DNA of 64,000 nt from Pirellulales bacterium (GCA_044370415.1 JBILVO010000004.1:3467-67466), one strand, 5' to 3'; positions 38,266 through 48,185 are shown, counted from the first letter of the stretch. The notes: a model not told the origin generated them from the sequence alone. Translations and numbers: made by a program.

Positions 38266-38363
38266 TTCATGATGGGAGACGGCATCCAGCAGTCGATCCA
38301 CCTGGCTATCCCTCAGCACGGCGAACCCCAGCCACGTCCAGCACCACCCGACCGGAGCGAACC

Positions 38364-39173
38364 ATGACCACTCGTTCGAACAGCACATGCGCACGCCGCC
38401 TCGCCACCTGCGCCGCCGGCCTCGCCGCCGGCCTCGCTCTGGGCATCGGTGCGGCCTCGGCCGGCGCCGAGGAATGGGGCACGATCAAGGGGCGGTTCCT
38501 CTTCGGGGGCACGCCGCCGACGGCCGCGGAGATCAAGGCAGACAAGGACGTCGAGGTCTGCGGCAAGCACAAGCTCGTCAATGAGGAACTCTCCATCGGC
38601 TCCGACAAGGGGCTCGGCAACGTGGTCGTATTCGTGCGTGACAAGGAAGTGAAGATCCATCCCGACGCCGCCGCGGGCAAGACCGAGAAGGTCGTCCTCG
38701 ACAACAAGGACTGCCGGTTCACCCCCCACGTCGCGTTCGTGCAGACCGGACAGCCGTTCATCCTCAAGAACTCCGACACCGTCGGCCACAACAGCAACGT
38801 GGCCACGCTCAAGAACCCGCCGTCCAACAGCCTGATCCCGGCCGGCGGCGAGTCGAGCATCACGTTCGCCAACGACGAGGCGATCCCCGCGCAGGTAACG
38901 TGCAACATCCATCCGTGGATGAAGGCCTGGGTGCTCGTGCGGCCCAATCCCTACGCCGCCGTTTCGAAGGCCGACGGCAGCTTCGAGATCAAGAACGTGC
39001 CGGCCGGCGAGGTCGAACTGCAGTTCTGGCACGAGAAGGCCGGCTACATCGGCGAGGTTACCGTCGGCGGCAAGACCGAGAAGATCTCCAAGGGCCGCAA
39101 GAAGGTGAAGGTCGCCGCGGCGGGCACCGACCTCGGCGACATGACCCTGGCTCCGGCCCTCTTCCAGAAGTGA
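38364..39173 (+). CDS. Exported beta-sandwich/cupredoxin-like protein with H...CxxHxxM motif
   Basis: Signal peptide; DNKDCRFTPHV, NSDTVGHN, CNIHPWM. Confidence 0.75.
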   Translation: MTTRSNSTCARRLATCAAGLAAGLALGIGAASAGAEEWGTIKGRFLFGGTPPTAAEIKADKDVEVCGKHKLVNEELSIGSDKGLGNVVVFVRDKEVKIHPDAAAGKTEKVVLDNKDCRFTPHVAFVQTGQPFILKNSDTVGHNSNVATLKNPPSNSLIPAGGESSITFANDEAIPAQVTCNIHPWMKAWVLVRPNPYAAVSKADGSFEIKNVPAGEVELQFWHEKAGYIGEVTVGGKTEKISKGRKKVKVAAAGTDLGDMTLAPALFQK

Positions 39174-39179
39174 CGTCTC

Positions 39180-40064
39180 ATGACCAGGCTCCCTCCCGTT
39201 CTTTTCGTCGCCTCGTGTTTCGTGATGCTCCAGGGCTGCGGCCCGACGCGTCTCGCCGCGCCAATCGCCGACGCCGGGGCCGCTGAGAAGATTCGTGCGA
39301 CCCTCGTCGCCGCTTCGGCGGGCGGCGGTGGTGGCGGGACGGCCGCTGCCACCGGCACGGGCTGGGCCACGCTCAAGGGCCGCTTCACGTTTGCTGGCAC
39401 TCCCGGCCAGGCCAAGGCTCTCGTCGTCGACAAGGACACCGAGGTCTGCTCGAAGGGCGGCATGAAACTCTTGGACCGGTCGCTGCTGGTCGATCCGTCC
39501 AGCAAGGGCCTCGCCAACGTCGTGGTCTTCGCCCGTAAGACCAGCCGCGTGAAGGAGGCTGACGCCTCCGGCACCCCGCCGGTGTTCGACCAGAAGAACT
39601 GCGAATTCCTCACGCCGGTGTTCGCCGCCCGCGTCGGCCAGCCGATCGACGTGAAGAACAGCGACCCCGTGGGCCACAACACGAACGTCGCGGGTACGAG
39701 CTTCAATCAGCTCATTCCGGCCGGCGCCGGCACGCTGTTCAAGCCCGATTCCGAGACCGGCATGCCGACGATGGTGACCTGCAACATCCACCCGTGGATG
39801 AAGGCCTACGCCGTCTTCCGGAAAGACGGCTACGTCTCGGTCAGCGCCGCGGACGGCTCGTTCACCATCCCCGACCTGCCCGCGGGCGAGACCATCGAAT
39901 TCCAGGTCTGGCACGAGCGTTCCAGCGGCCCCAACGGCGCGGTGGGCATCGACAAGCCCGACCTGAAGTGGACGCCAAAGGGCCGCTTCCAGATCAAGCT
40001 CCAGGAAAACGAGGTCAAGGATCTCGGCGCCCTCGAGGTGCCGGCCTCCGCGATCGGCACGTGA
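39180..40064 (+). CDS. Lipoprotein paralog of the upstream cupredoxin-like protein
   Basis: Lipobox LQGC; DQKNCEFLTPV, NSDPVGHN, CNIHPWM. Confidence 0.75.
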   Translation: MTRLPPVLFVASCFVMLQGCGPTRLAAPIADAGAAEKIRATLVAASAGGGGGGTAAATGTGWATLKGRFTFAGTPGQAKALVVDKDTEVCSKGGMKLLDRSLLVDPSSKGLANVVVFARKTSRVKEADASGTPPVFDQKNCEFLTPVFAARVGQPIDVKNSDPVGHNTNVAGTSFNQLIPAGAGTLFKPDSETGMPTMVTCNIHPWMKAYAVFRKDGYVSVSAADGSFTIPDLPAGETIEFQVWHERSSGPNGAVGIDKPDLKWTPKGRFQIKLQENEVKDLGALEVPASAIGT

Positions 40065-40105
40065 CACCGTCGTCCCCGCTCCCCGTTTTGCACGCCACCA
40101 AGCCT

Positions 40106-41353
40106 ATGAACCTCCTCTCTGCCTGCCGCATCCTGCCCGCGACACTCGCCGCTTGTCTCGCGCTTGCCGCCACCGGTTGCGGCACCACGCCACCGGCATC
40201 CTTCCGTCCCAACATGGTGGAGGCTGCGGCGCCATCCGCCGAGAAGGACTCGATCTCCGCCGAGCAGGCGCTCACGCCTGCCCAGCGAAAGCAGGTCGCC
40301 ACCATCCTCCTCGCCATGTTCGGCACGCCCGACAATCCCGTGGCGCTGCCCGAGACGGGCCTCGACGAGGCGAAGTTGCACCTGTGCGCCGGCCCGGTCC
40401 GCAGCGACATCGTGGGCCGCAAGAACGGCCTCTACCGCGAGCACTGTGCCCACTGCCACGGCATCAGCGGCGACGGTCTCGGCCCAACGGCCGCATTCCT
40501 CAACCCCTACCCCCGCGACTATCGGCCTGGCGTTTTCAAGTTCAAGAGCACCGAGCGGGCCGACAAGCCGACGCACGCCGACCTCGTGCGCATCCTCCAC
40601 AACGGCATCCCCGGCACGTCGATGCCGTCGTTCGCACTCCTGAGCGCGGCCCAGGTCGACGCGCTCGCCGAGTACGTGAAATACCTCAGCATCCGCGGCG
40701 AGACCGAACTGGCGCTCATGCGGGCGTTCTTTGAGCTCGACGACGACGCCCAGGGCACTCTGCCGGAGACGAAGGAGTTCCTCGTCGGCGAGACCCTAAC
40801 GCCGATCGCGGAAAAGTGGCAGGCAGCCGCGGCCGCACAGATTCCGGTGCCGGTGATGCCTGCCGACCTCGACATGACCGCCTCCATCGCCAAGGGGCGC
40901 GAGCTCTTCTACGGCGACAAGGCCAACTGCGTGAAGTGCCACGGCCCCACCGCTCTCGGCGACGGTCAGGCCAACGATTACGACGACTGGAACAAGAACG
41001 TCCACAAGATCACCAACAAGCTGGTGAAGCTCCGCGAGTCCGAGAATGGCCTTGACGCGGGGCAGCGGACCTGGGCCAACGAGTTCTCGCAGGTGCTCGC
41101 CGGCGACGCGCTCAGGCCCCGGACGATTCCGCCGCGAAACCTGCGGCAGGGCGTCTACCGCGGCGGTCGCCGTCCGATCGACCTCTACTACCGGATCCAC
41201 GCCGGCATCAACGGCGCGCCGATGCCGGCCGCCAAGGGCACCATCTCGCCGGAGGACATCTGGCACATCGTCAACTACATCCAGTCGCTGCCCTATGACT
41301 TCGACGGCGAACTCGGGGCGGATCGACCGATGGTGGCACAGGATCGGTACTGA
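40106..41353 (+). CDS. Diheme cytochrome c lipoprotein
   Basis: Lipobox ATGC; CAHCH and CVKCH; candidate distal Met in GTSMP and GAPMP. Confidence 0.88.
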   Translation: MNLLSACRILPATLAACLALAATGCGTTPPASFRPNMVEAAAPSAEKDSISAEQALTPAQRKQVATILLAMFGTPDNPVALPETGLDEAKLHLCAGPVRSDIVGRKNGLYREHCAHCHGISGDGLGPTAAFLNPYPRDYRPGVFKFKSTERADKPTHADLVRILHNGIPGTSMPSFALLSAAQVDALAEYVKYLSIRGETELALMRAFFELDDDAQGTLPETKEFLVGETLTPIAEKWQAAAAAQIPVPVMPADLDMTASIAKGRELFYGDKANCVKCHGPTALGDGQANDYDDWNKNVHKITNKLVKLRESENGLDAGQRTWANEFSQVLAGDALRPRTIPPRNLRQGVYRGGRRPIDLYYRIHAGINGAPMPAAKGTISPEDIWHIVNYIQSLPYDFDGELGADRPMVAQDRY

Positions 41354-41394
41354 GTCGAGGAATCCCGGCCGGGCACGGCCGCCGCGGGGCGGAC

Positions 41395-41493
41395 GGCGAA
41401 AACACGACACGCAAGAAACGTTCAAGCAAGAGACATCCGAGACGGTGACGACGGCCCCGCCGGGCCGCGGTGATCCGAGACACGCGAACACGA
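41395..41493. repeat. Degenerate relative of the 81-bp element, upstream of coxB
   Basis: Contains GCGAAAACACG, CGACGGCC-CCGCC-GGGCCG and ACACGCGAACACG, resembling the 47995-48185 units. Confidence 0.45.
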
Positions 41494-41509
41494 CGGTGGA
41501 GCGATCGAC

Positions 41510-42307
41510 ATGAGCCGACTGTCTGGAATCTTCTGGTCTCTGCTGTTCCTCGCCGTGCCGGTGCTGGGCGTGGCCACGTTCGCCGTGGCGCCCGCCTACG
41601 ACATCTGGCTGCCGAAGGACGTCTCCGAGCACGGTCCCGCGATCGACGGCCTGTTCATGTTCATCCTCGTCCTCACGGGCGTGGTCTTCATCGTCACGGA
41701 GATGCTGCTCTTTTGGTTCATCTGGAAGTACGATGCATCGCAGGTGAAGGGACCCGCCACCTACATCCATGGCAGCCACGTGCTCGAGGTAGTGTGGACG
41801 ATCATCCCGGCGGCCACGCTGCTCTTCCTCGCGATCTACCAGATGAACACCTGGGCCGACGTGAAGATGCGTCGGCCCGCGATGGCACCGACCGTGGAGG
41901 TCGTGGCGCGGCAGTTCGAGTGGCGGCTCCGCTATCCGGGCCGCGACGGCGTGCTGGGCACCCGCGACGACCTGTTCCTCACGAACGACCTGCACGTGCC
42001 GGTCGACGAGGATGTCCTCATCCAGCTCAAGAGCATGGACGTGCTCCACAGCTTCTTCCTCCCCAACCTGCGGATCAAGCAGGACGCCGTGCCGGGCATG
42101 AAGATTCCGGTCTGGTTCAAGGCGAAGGAGACGGGACAGTTCGACATCGTCTGTGCCGAGCTGTGCGGCTGGGGCCACTACAAGATGAAGGGCCGCATCA
42201 CCGTCGAATCCCGTGCCGACTTCGACCGCTGGCTCGAGGAGACCTACGCCCGCCAGGAGGCGACGCAGCCCGCTCCCGAGGACGTCGCCGCCTCCACCGC
42301 CGAGTGA
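41510..42307 (+). CDS. coxB: Cytochrome c oxidase subunit II
   Basis: LEVVWTIIP, RQFEW, CuA ligands DVLHSF and CAELCGWGHYKM. Confidence 0.95.
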   Translation: MSRLSGIFWSLLFLAVPVLGVATFAVAPAYDIWLPKDVSEHGPAIDGLFMFILVLTGVVFIVTEMLLFWFIWKYDASQVKGPATYIHGSHVLEVVWTIIPAATLLFLAIYQMNTWADVKMRRPAMAPTVEVVARQFEWRLRYPGRDGVLGTRDDLFLTNDLHVPVDEDVLIQLKSMDVLHSFFLPNLRIKQDAVPGMKIPVWFKAKETGQFDIVCAELCGWGHYKMKGRITVESRADFDRWLEETYARQEATQPAPEDVAASTAE

Positions 42308-42388
42308 CCGCATCGAATCGCACCTCCGCAACCTTCCCGCTCCCCGCCCCCTACGAACACACAGTCAGGCCTCCCAGGAGAGACTGCC

Positions 42389-44206
42389 ATGAGCATCGCT
42401 ACGACCTCCTCGCTCTCGCACGGAACGGCCACGAGCCTGCCGCCGGCCCGCAAACCGCGGCCGGTGGCCGAATTCCTCTCGACCTACGTCTTTTCCAAGG
42501 ACCACAAGGTCATCGGCCTGCAGTTCCTCTTCTCCACGCTGCTGTGGTTCCTCATCGGCGGGCTCTTGGCGCTCGCCGTCCGCTGGCAGGTCGCCTGGCC
42601 GTGGTCCGACGTGCCGGTGCTCGGCAAGCTGTTCGCGCAGCAGGGCGGCCAGATGTCGCCCGAGTTCTACACGATGCTCTTCACGATGCACGCCTCGGTG
42701 ATGATCTTCCTGGTGATCATCCCGATCCTCGCGGGCGCCTTCGGCAACTTCCTCATCCCGCTGATGATCGGCGCCGATGACATGGCGTTCCCCACGCTCA
42801 ACATGCTTTCGTACTGGTTCATGTGGCCCGCCTTCGCCTGCTTCGGTGCGAGCTTCTTCGTCGAGGGCGGCGCCGCCTCGGGCGGCTGGACGAGCTACCC
42901 GACACTGTCGACGAACCCCGCGTCGTCGCCCTCCAGCGGCATGGGGCAGACGCTCTGGCTGCTCGGCCTCACCTTTGTGGGCGTTTCGAGCATGCTCGGC
43001 AGCGTCAACTACATGACCACGATCATCCTCATGCGGGCGCCGGGCATGACGATGTTTCGCCTGCCGATGACGATCTGGGGCATGTTCATCACCGCCATCC
43101 TCCAGGCCTTCGCCCTCCCCGTGCTCACGGCGGCCGGCTTCATGCAACTGGCGGACCGCATGTTCGGCACCGGCTTCTTCTCGCCCGAGGGGAACGTCGT
43201 CAACAACGCGATCGCCGGCGCCGGCGGCGGCCAACCGCTCCTCTGGCAGCACCTCTTCTGGTTCTACAGCCACCCGGCCGTCTACATCATGATCCTGCCG
43301 GCGATGGGCATGGTGAGCGACATCCTCACCGTCTTCGCCCGCAAGCCGCTGTTCGGCTATCGGCCGATGGTCTACTCGGTCGCCGGCATCGCCGGCCTCG
43401 GGTTCATCGTCTGGGGCCACCACATGTTCATGTCGGGCATGAACCCGGCGCTGGGCATCACCTTCATGGTGTCGACGATGATGATCGCCCTGCCGAGCGC
43501 CGTGAAGACGTTCAACTGGCTCGGCACTCTGTGGGGTGGAAAGATCGAGTTCACGACGTCGATGCTCTTCGCACTCTCGTTCGTCTCGATGTTCATCATC
43601 GGCGGCCTGTCGGGCATCTTCATGGCCGCCACCCCGGTCGACATCTTCATCCACGACACCTACTTCATCGTGGCGCACTTCCACTACGTGCTCTTCGCCG
43701 GCACGGCGATGGGAGTGTGGGCGGCGATCTACTTCTGGTTCCCGAAGATGTTCGGCCGCACGATGAACGAGTTCTGGGGGAAGGCCCACTTCTTCCTGAC
43801 CTTCATCTTCCTCAACGGCACGTTCTTCACGATGCACATCCTCGGCGCCGTGGGCTTCCCGCGGCGGCTCGCCGATGCATACCACTACGAGACGTTCCAC
43901 CACCTGCAGCCGCTCAACGCGTTCATGACGTGGTGCGCCATCGGCATGGTGTCGTGCCAGATCATCTTCGCGATCAACTTCTTCTGGAGCATGTTCTTCG
44001 GCCCGGTCGCAGGCCGGAATCCGTGGAACGCCAACACGCTCGAGTGGACCGCGCCGAGCCCTCCTGGCCACGGCAACTTCGACTTCCAGCCCGTGGTCTA
44101 CCGCGGGCCGTACGAATACTCGGTGCCGGGCGTCGAGAAGGACCACCTGATGCAGACCGATCCTCCGAACGCGGCCGCGGCGGCTGCTGCGGCGGCGTCG
44201 CACTGA
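42389..44206 (+). CDS. coxA: Cytochrome c oxidase subunit I, type A2
   Basis: TMHAS, helix VI WFYSHPAVY (YS motif = A2), WGHHM, VAHFHY, GFPRR. Confidence 0.97.
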   Translation: MSIATTSSLSHGTATSLPPARKPRPVAEFLSTYVFSKDHKVIGLQFLFSTLLWFLIGGLLALAVRWQVAWPWSDVPVLGKLFAQQGGQMSPEFYTMLFTMHASVMIFLVIIPILAGAFGNFLIPLMIGADDMAFPTLNMLSYWFMWPAFACFGASFFVEGGAASGGWTSYPTLSTNPASSPSSGMGQTLWLLGLTFVGVSSMLGSVNYMTTIILMRAPGMTMFRLPMTIWGMFITAILQAFALPVLTAAGFMQLADRMFGTGFFSPEGNVVNNAIAGAGGGQPLLWQHLFWFYSHPAVYIMILPAMGMVSDILTVFARKPLFGYRPMVYSVAGIAGLGFIVWGHHMFMSGMNPALGITFMVSTMMIALPSAVKTFNWLGTLWGGKIEFTTSMLFALSFVSMFIIGGLSGIFMAATPVDIFIHDTYFIVAHFHYVLFAGTAMGVWAAIYFWFPKMFGRTMNEFWGKAHFFLTFIFLNGTFFTMHILGAVGFPRRLADAYHYETFHHLQPLNAFMTWCAIGMVSCQIIFAINFFWSMFFGPVAGRNPWNANTLEWTAPSPPGHGNFDFQPVVYRGPYEYSVPGVEKDHLMQTDPPNAAAAAAAAASH

Positions 44207-44420
44207 TTGAGGCAGCCGTCCCGGCGGCTGCGAGAGACTTGAGGCAGCCGTCCCGGCGGCTGCGAGAGACTTGAGGCAGCCGTCCCGGCGGCTGCGAGAG
44301 ACTTGAGGCAGCCGTCCCGGCGGCTGCGAGAGACTTGAGGCAGCCGTGCTGGATGAGGCGGCTGCGAGAGACTTGAGGCAGCCGTGCTGGATGAGGCGGC
44401 CAACGAGCGGCTGCGAGAGA
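44207..44420. repeat. Tandem hairpin (REP/BIME-like) array: 4 x identical 32 bp + 38-bp + ~48-bp variants
   Basis: TTGAGGCAGCCGTCCCGGCGGCTGCGAGAGAC at 44207, 44239, 44271, 44303; units at 44335 and 44373 keep the GCAGCCG/CGGCTGC stem with longer loops. Confidence 0.92.
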
Positions 44421-44469
44421 GTTGCGAGACAACAGACGTTCGACCATCGAGCCGACCGACCACGCCCCC

Positions 44470-45477
44470 ATGACACGCCGCTCCTTCAACTGGCCGCACG
44501 CGATTGCGTGCCTGCTCGTCGCGGTGACGGCGGTGCTGCTGTCGTTCGGGGCGCTCGTCACGACCTATGAGGCGGCGATGGCGGTGCCCGACTGGCCGGG
44601 CACCTACGGCCACAACATGTTCCTGTTTCCACTGACCGAGTGGCTCCACGGTCCCTGGGACCTGTTCCTCGAGCACGGCCACCGGCTCCTCGGCGCGGCC
44701 ACGGGCATCGTGACGCTCGTGCTCGTCGCAGTCGCCTGGCGCGGGCAGGCATCGCCCGCCGTCCGCTGGCTGGCGGTGGCGGCGGTGGCGCTCGTGGTGG
44801 TGCAGGGGCTCCTCGGCGGCGCGAGGGTGCTGCTCGACGACAAGACGGTGGCGAAGGTGCACGCCTGCACCGGCCCGCTGTTCTTCGCCGTGGCGGTGGC
44901 GATCGCGACCGCCACCCGGCCGCAGTCGGTCCAAGGCCCGGGGCGGCCCTCCCCCGAGCCTCCCAGTGCCCGGGCGATCGTGGCCTCGACGGCCGCAGCC
45001 GGCCTCGTGATCGCCTCCTACCTGCAGCTCGTGGCCGGCGCCCAACTGCGGCACCTGGATGCCACCGTCGATCCGTTCACCTTCCGTTGGCTCGTCGGCG
45101 TGCACGTGGCTGGTGCGGCCATCGTGGCTGCAATCGCCCTGGTGCTCGCCTGGGCCAATGCCTCCGCCACCGCGTCGACACGGACGTGGTCATGGCTGAT
45201 CGCCGCGTTCGTCGTCGCCCAGGTGGTTCTCGGCTGCGGCGCCTGGGTCGCCTCCTGGGGGCTTCCCTCGGGCCTCCTCCCCGTCGATTGGCAGCCCACA
45301 CGGGCCGTCGTCGCCCGGAGCACGAGCGGCGCGATGATCGTCACCGGCCACGTGCTGCTCGGCATGGCAATCCTCGGCTCGTCGGTCGTGCTCTGGATCA
45401 TCGGCGGCGGACTGGCGTCCCACGGCGACCGTCGCCGGCTTCCGGGCGACGTCGAGATGGAAAGGGCCTTCGCATGA
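44470..45477 (+). CDS. ctaA: Heme A synthase (COX15/CtaA)
   Basis: [34 protein letters not shown]; 8 TM segments. Confidence 0.88.
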   Translation: MTRRSFNWPHAIACLLVAVTAVLLSFGALVTTYEAAMAVPDWPGTYGHNMFLFPLTEWLHGPWDLFLEHGHRLLGAATGIVTLVLVAVAWRGQASPAVRWLAVAAVALVVVQGLLGGARVLLDDKTVAKVHACTGPLFFAVAVAIATATRPQSVQGPGRPSPEPPSARAIVASTAAAGLVIASYLQLVAGAQLRHLDATVDPFTFRWLVGVHVAGAAIVAAIALVLAWANASATASTRTWSWLIAAFVVAQVVLGCGAWVASWGLPSGLLPVDWQPTRAVVARSTSGAMIVTGHVLLGMAILGSSVVLWIIGGGLASHGDRRRLPGDVEMERAFA

Positions 45478-46457
45478 GCCCGCCCCCCGTGCTCGCGCCC
45501 GTCCCCGTCGCCATCCCCGCGGCTGCGCTGCCGGTCGACGCCGAGTCGCTGACGGTACCCCGTGGATTCGCCGCCTGCTGGGCCGACGGCTCGCAGCTCG
45601 TGCGGCCGCGGATCGCGCTGATGGTCCTCGCGACCGTGTGGGCAGCGGCCTGGATCACCGCCGGCGCCGACCGGCTGCCGGCCGGCACGATCGGCTGGCT
45701 CCTGCTCGGCACGGCGCTCGTCGCCGCAAGCTCGAGCATCGCGAACCAGATCGTCGAGCGTGCCACCGATCGGCTGATGCCCCGCACGGCGCGGCGTCCG
45801 ATCGCCAGCGGTCGCCTGGCCGTGGAGCCGGCCGTCGCGGCGGCGGCGGTGCTGCTCGCAGCCGGCCTCGCCATCCAGACGCGGGTCTGCGGCTGGCCGC
45901 CGGCCGCGGCCGCACTTGCCACGTGGCTGCTCTACGTCGTCGTCTACACGCCGCTGAAAAAGACCACGCCGCTCAACACCGCAGTCGGCGCCGTGGCCGG
46001 AGCGTTGCCCGTCGCGATCGGATGGCTGGCCGCCGACGGCCCGCGGCGACTGGCTGCCGGCGACGCGGCGGGAACGCTCGCCGTGGCGGCGCTGGCCACC
46101 GTGCTCTACCTCTGGCAGTTCCCGCACTTCATGGCGATCGCCTGGCTCTACCGGCGGCAGTACGCGGCCGCCGGGCTGCGGATGCTCACCGTCGACGATC
46201 CCTCGGGCCTGCGGGCGGCGGCGCAATCGCTGGCCGCCGCGCTGGCGATGATCCCGGTGAGCCTGGTGCTGGCCGTGCCCTCCGGCAGCGTCAGGCTCTT
46301 CCTGGCTGCGGCGATCGCCGCGGTCGCCTATGCTGTCGCCACCGTCAGTTTCGCGATCCGCCGCGACGACGCGTCGGCCCGCGTGCTCCTGTTCACCTCC
46401 CTCGGCTCCCTGCTCGCGCTGCTCACGGCCGCGGTCGTGCTCGGCACGCCGTCCTGA
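45474..46457 (+). CDS. ctaB: Protoheme IX farnesyltransferase (heme O synthase)
   Basis: [42 protein letters not shown]. Confidence 0.93.
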   Translation: MSPPPVLAPVPVAIPAAALPVDAESLTVPRGFAACWADGSQLVRPRIALMVLATVWAAAWITAGADRLPAGTIGWLLLGTALVAASSSIANQIVERATDRLMPRTARRPIASGRLAVEPAVAAAAVLLAAGLAIQTRVCGWPPAAAALATWLLYVVVYTPLKKTTPLNTAVGAVAGALPVAIGWLAADGPRRLAAGDAAGTLAVAALATVLYLWQFPHFMAIAWLYRRQYAAAGLRMLTVDDPSGLRAAAQSLAAALAMIPVSLVLAVPSGSVRLFLAAAIAAVAYAVATVSFAIRRDDASARVLLFTSLGSLLALLTAAVVLGTPS

Positions 46458-46501
46458 CCTCCTCCACGCTCCACGAACGACCTCCGGAAAGCGACCTGCT
46501 C

Positions 46502-47488
46502 ATGTCCGCCTCAGCGATCACGGCTTCCCACGGCCACGACGGCCACGGTCACGGTCACGACGACGGCCACCACGGGCACATCACACTGCAGTACCAGCCC
46601 GGGCTGCCGCTCACTCGCGGCAAGCTGATCATGTGGCTGTTCTTGTCGACGGAGATCATGTTCTTCGCGGCGCTGCTGGGCAGCTACGTCGTGCTGCGGT
46701 TCGGCGCCCCCGTCTGGCCCAAGCCGCATCACGTGCACCTGTCGGAGCCGATCGGGGCGTTCAACACCTTCGTGCTGATCTGCTCGAGCGTCACCATCGT
46801 TCTCGCCCTCGAGTCCGCGCGGGCCAACAAGGCGAGCGTGGCGAAGATCTGGATGCTGCTGACCCTCCTGCTCGGAACGCTCTTCCTCGGCGTGAAGGGC
46901 TACGAGTACGCGGCCAAGTTCTCGCACGGCATCTACCCGGCGATGCCCCACAGCCGCATCTACGAGCGGCCCGATCTCTACTACGGCTCCGCCGTCCGGG
47001 CCAGGCTCGGCGAGCCGGCGATCATCGACAGGCTCAAGGAACTCGACGACACGCCCGCCGACAAGCTGACCGCCGAGCAGGTCGCGGCCCGCGGCCGGCT
47101 CCAGCAGATCCGCAAGATGGTGGCGAGCCCCGACCAGCAGGCCTTCGACCTCGCCGTCGTCGCCGACCAGGTGATGCCGCTGCCGACGGAGGGCTCCGGG
47201 AGCGACCACGGCGGAGGGCACGGTGGCCACGCCAGCGGCCTCAACGACGTCTTCCCGTGGCTGAGGCTGCCCACCGTCATTCCCGGCGGCAACATGTGGG
47301 CCAGCACCTACTTCCTGCTCACGGGCTTCCACGCGATCCACGTCGGCGTGGGACTGCTCGTGTTCGCGATCATGCTCACCTGGACGCTCAATGCCAAGCG
47401 GGCCGGGGCGATCGAGAACATCGGCCTCTACTGGCACTTCGTCGATCTCGTGTGGATCTTCCTCTTCCCGCTCCTCTACCTCTTTTGA
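46502..47488 (+). CDS. coxC: Cytochrome c oxidase subunit III with His-rich N-terminus and large insertion
   Basis: [57 protein letters not shown]. Confidence 0.93.
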   Translation: MSASAITASHGHDGHGHGHDDGHHGHITLQYQPGLPLTRGKLIMWLFLSTEIMFFAALLGSYVVLRFGAPVWPKPHHVHLSEPIGAFNTFVLICSSVTIVLALESARANKASVAKIWMLLTLLLGTLFLGVKGYEYAAKFSHGIYPAMPHSRIYERPDLYYGSAVRARLGEPAIIDRLKELDDTPADKLTAEQVAARGRLQQIRKMVASPDQQAFDLAVVADQVMPLPTEGSGSDHGGGHGGHASGLNDVFPWLRLPTVIPGGNMWASTYFLLTGFHAIHVGVGLLVFAIMLTWTLNAKRAGAIENIGLYWHFVDLVWIFLFPLLYLF

Positions 47489-47493
47489 GGCTC

Positions 47494-47994
47494 ATGATGT
47501 CCGACCACGACCCCCACGGCCCCGTCACCCGGCCCGGCGCGTCCGCCGACGAGACGCTGCAGCACGCGATCGAGGCGGAGCACGGCGGACACGGCGACCA
47601 CCACTCCCACGGCGGGCTGGGCAAGTACCTGCTCGTGTTCCTCGCCCTCTGCGGCCTGACGACGATGTCGTTCTTCACCTACTCGCCGGCCTGGCCCTGG
47701 CGGGACCAGCCGCAGGTGGGCTGGACCTTCATGATGGCGGTCTCGTGCACGAAGGCGATGCTCGTGATCCTGTGCTTCATGCACGTCTGGTGGGAGGCGA
47801 ACTGGAAGTACGTGCTCACGATCCCCGCCGCCATGATGGCGCTGTTTCTGGCGATCATGCTCATCCCCGACATCGGCCTGCGGAACCGGATGGTTTCTCA
47901 GGAGCGGGCGCTGCACATGGCGCGGGGCTCCGACGTGCGGCTTATGGAGCAGGCCGGCGAGGCGAAGGCGCTCGAGCAACCGGCGGGGCACTGA
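47494..47994 (+). CDS. coxD: Cytochrome c oxidase subunit IV
   Basis: YLLVFLALCGLT, KAMLVILCFMHV, three TM segments. Confidence 0.85.
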   Translation: MMSDHDPHGPVTRPGASADETLQHAIEAEHGGHGDHHSHGGLGKYLLVFLALCGLTTMSFFTYSPAWPWRDQPQVGWTFMMAVSCTKAMLVILCFMHVWWEANWKYVLTIPAAMMALFLAIMLIPDIGLRNRMVSQERALHMARGSDVRLMEQAGEAKALEQPAGH

Positions 47995-48185
47995 ATACAC
48001 GCGAAACACGGCCATCCTGGCCGTTTTCGCTGGGAACCTCGCGACGGCCGTCCGGGCCGTCGAGTCACACACTTGATACACGCGAAACACGGCCATCCTG
48101 GCCGTTTTCGCTGGGAACCTCGCGACGGCCGTCCGGGCCGTCGGAGGGGATGCCTGATCCACACGAAACACGGCCGTCCATGGCC
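47995..48185. repeat. 81-bp-period tandem element: two identical 68-bp copies + one degenerate partial copy, each full copy with two hairpins
   Basis: ATACACGCGAAACACGGCCATCCTGGCCGTTTTCGCTGGGAACCTCGCGACGGCCGTCCGGGCCGTCG at 47995 and 48076; partial at 48157. Confidence 0.92.

Noticed and set aside
30327-41353. Alternative complex III (ActABCDEF)
   Set aside because: No molybdopterin-like ActB or NrfD-like ActC; Rieske and cytochrome b motifs are explicit
44207-44420. CRISPR array
   Set aside because: Intervening segments are only 6-23 nt and four are identical; no cas genes or AT-rich leader in the window
47995-48185. CRISPR array or tRNA-like genes
   Set aside because: 68-bp identical units with 13-nt gaps invert CRISPR proportions; no T-loop or anticodon-arm consensus
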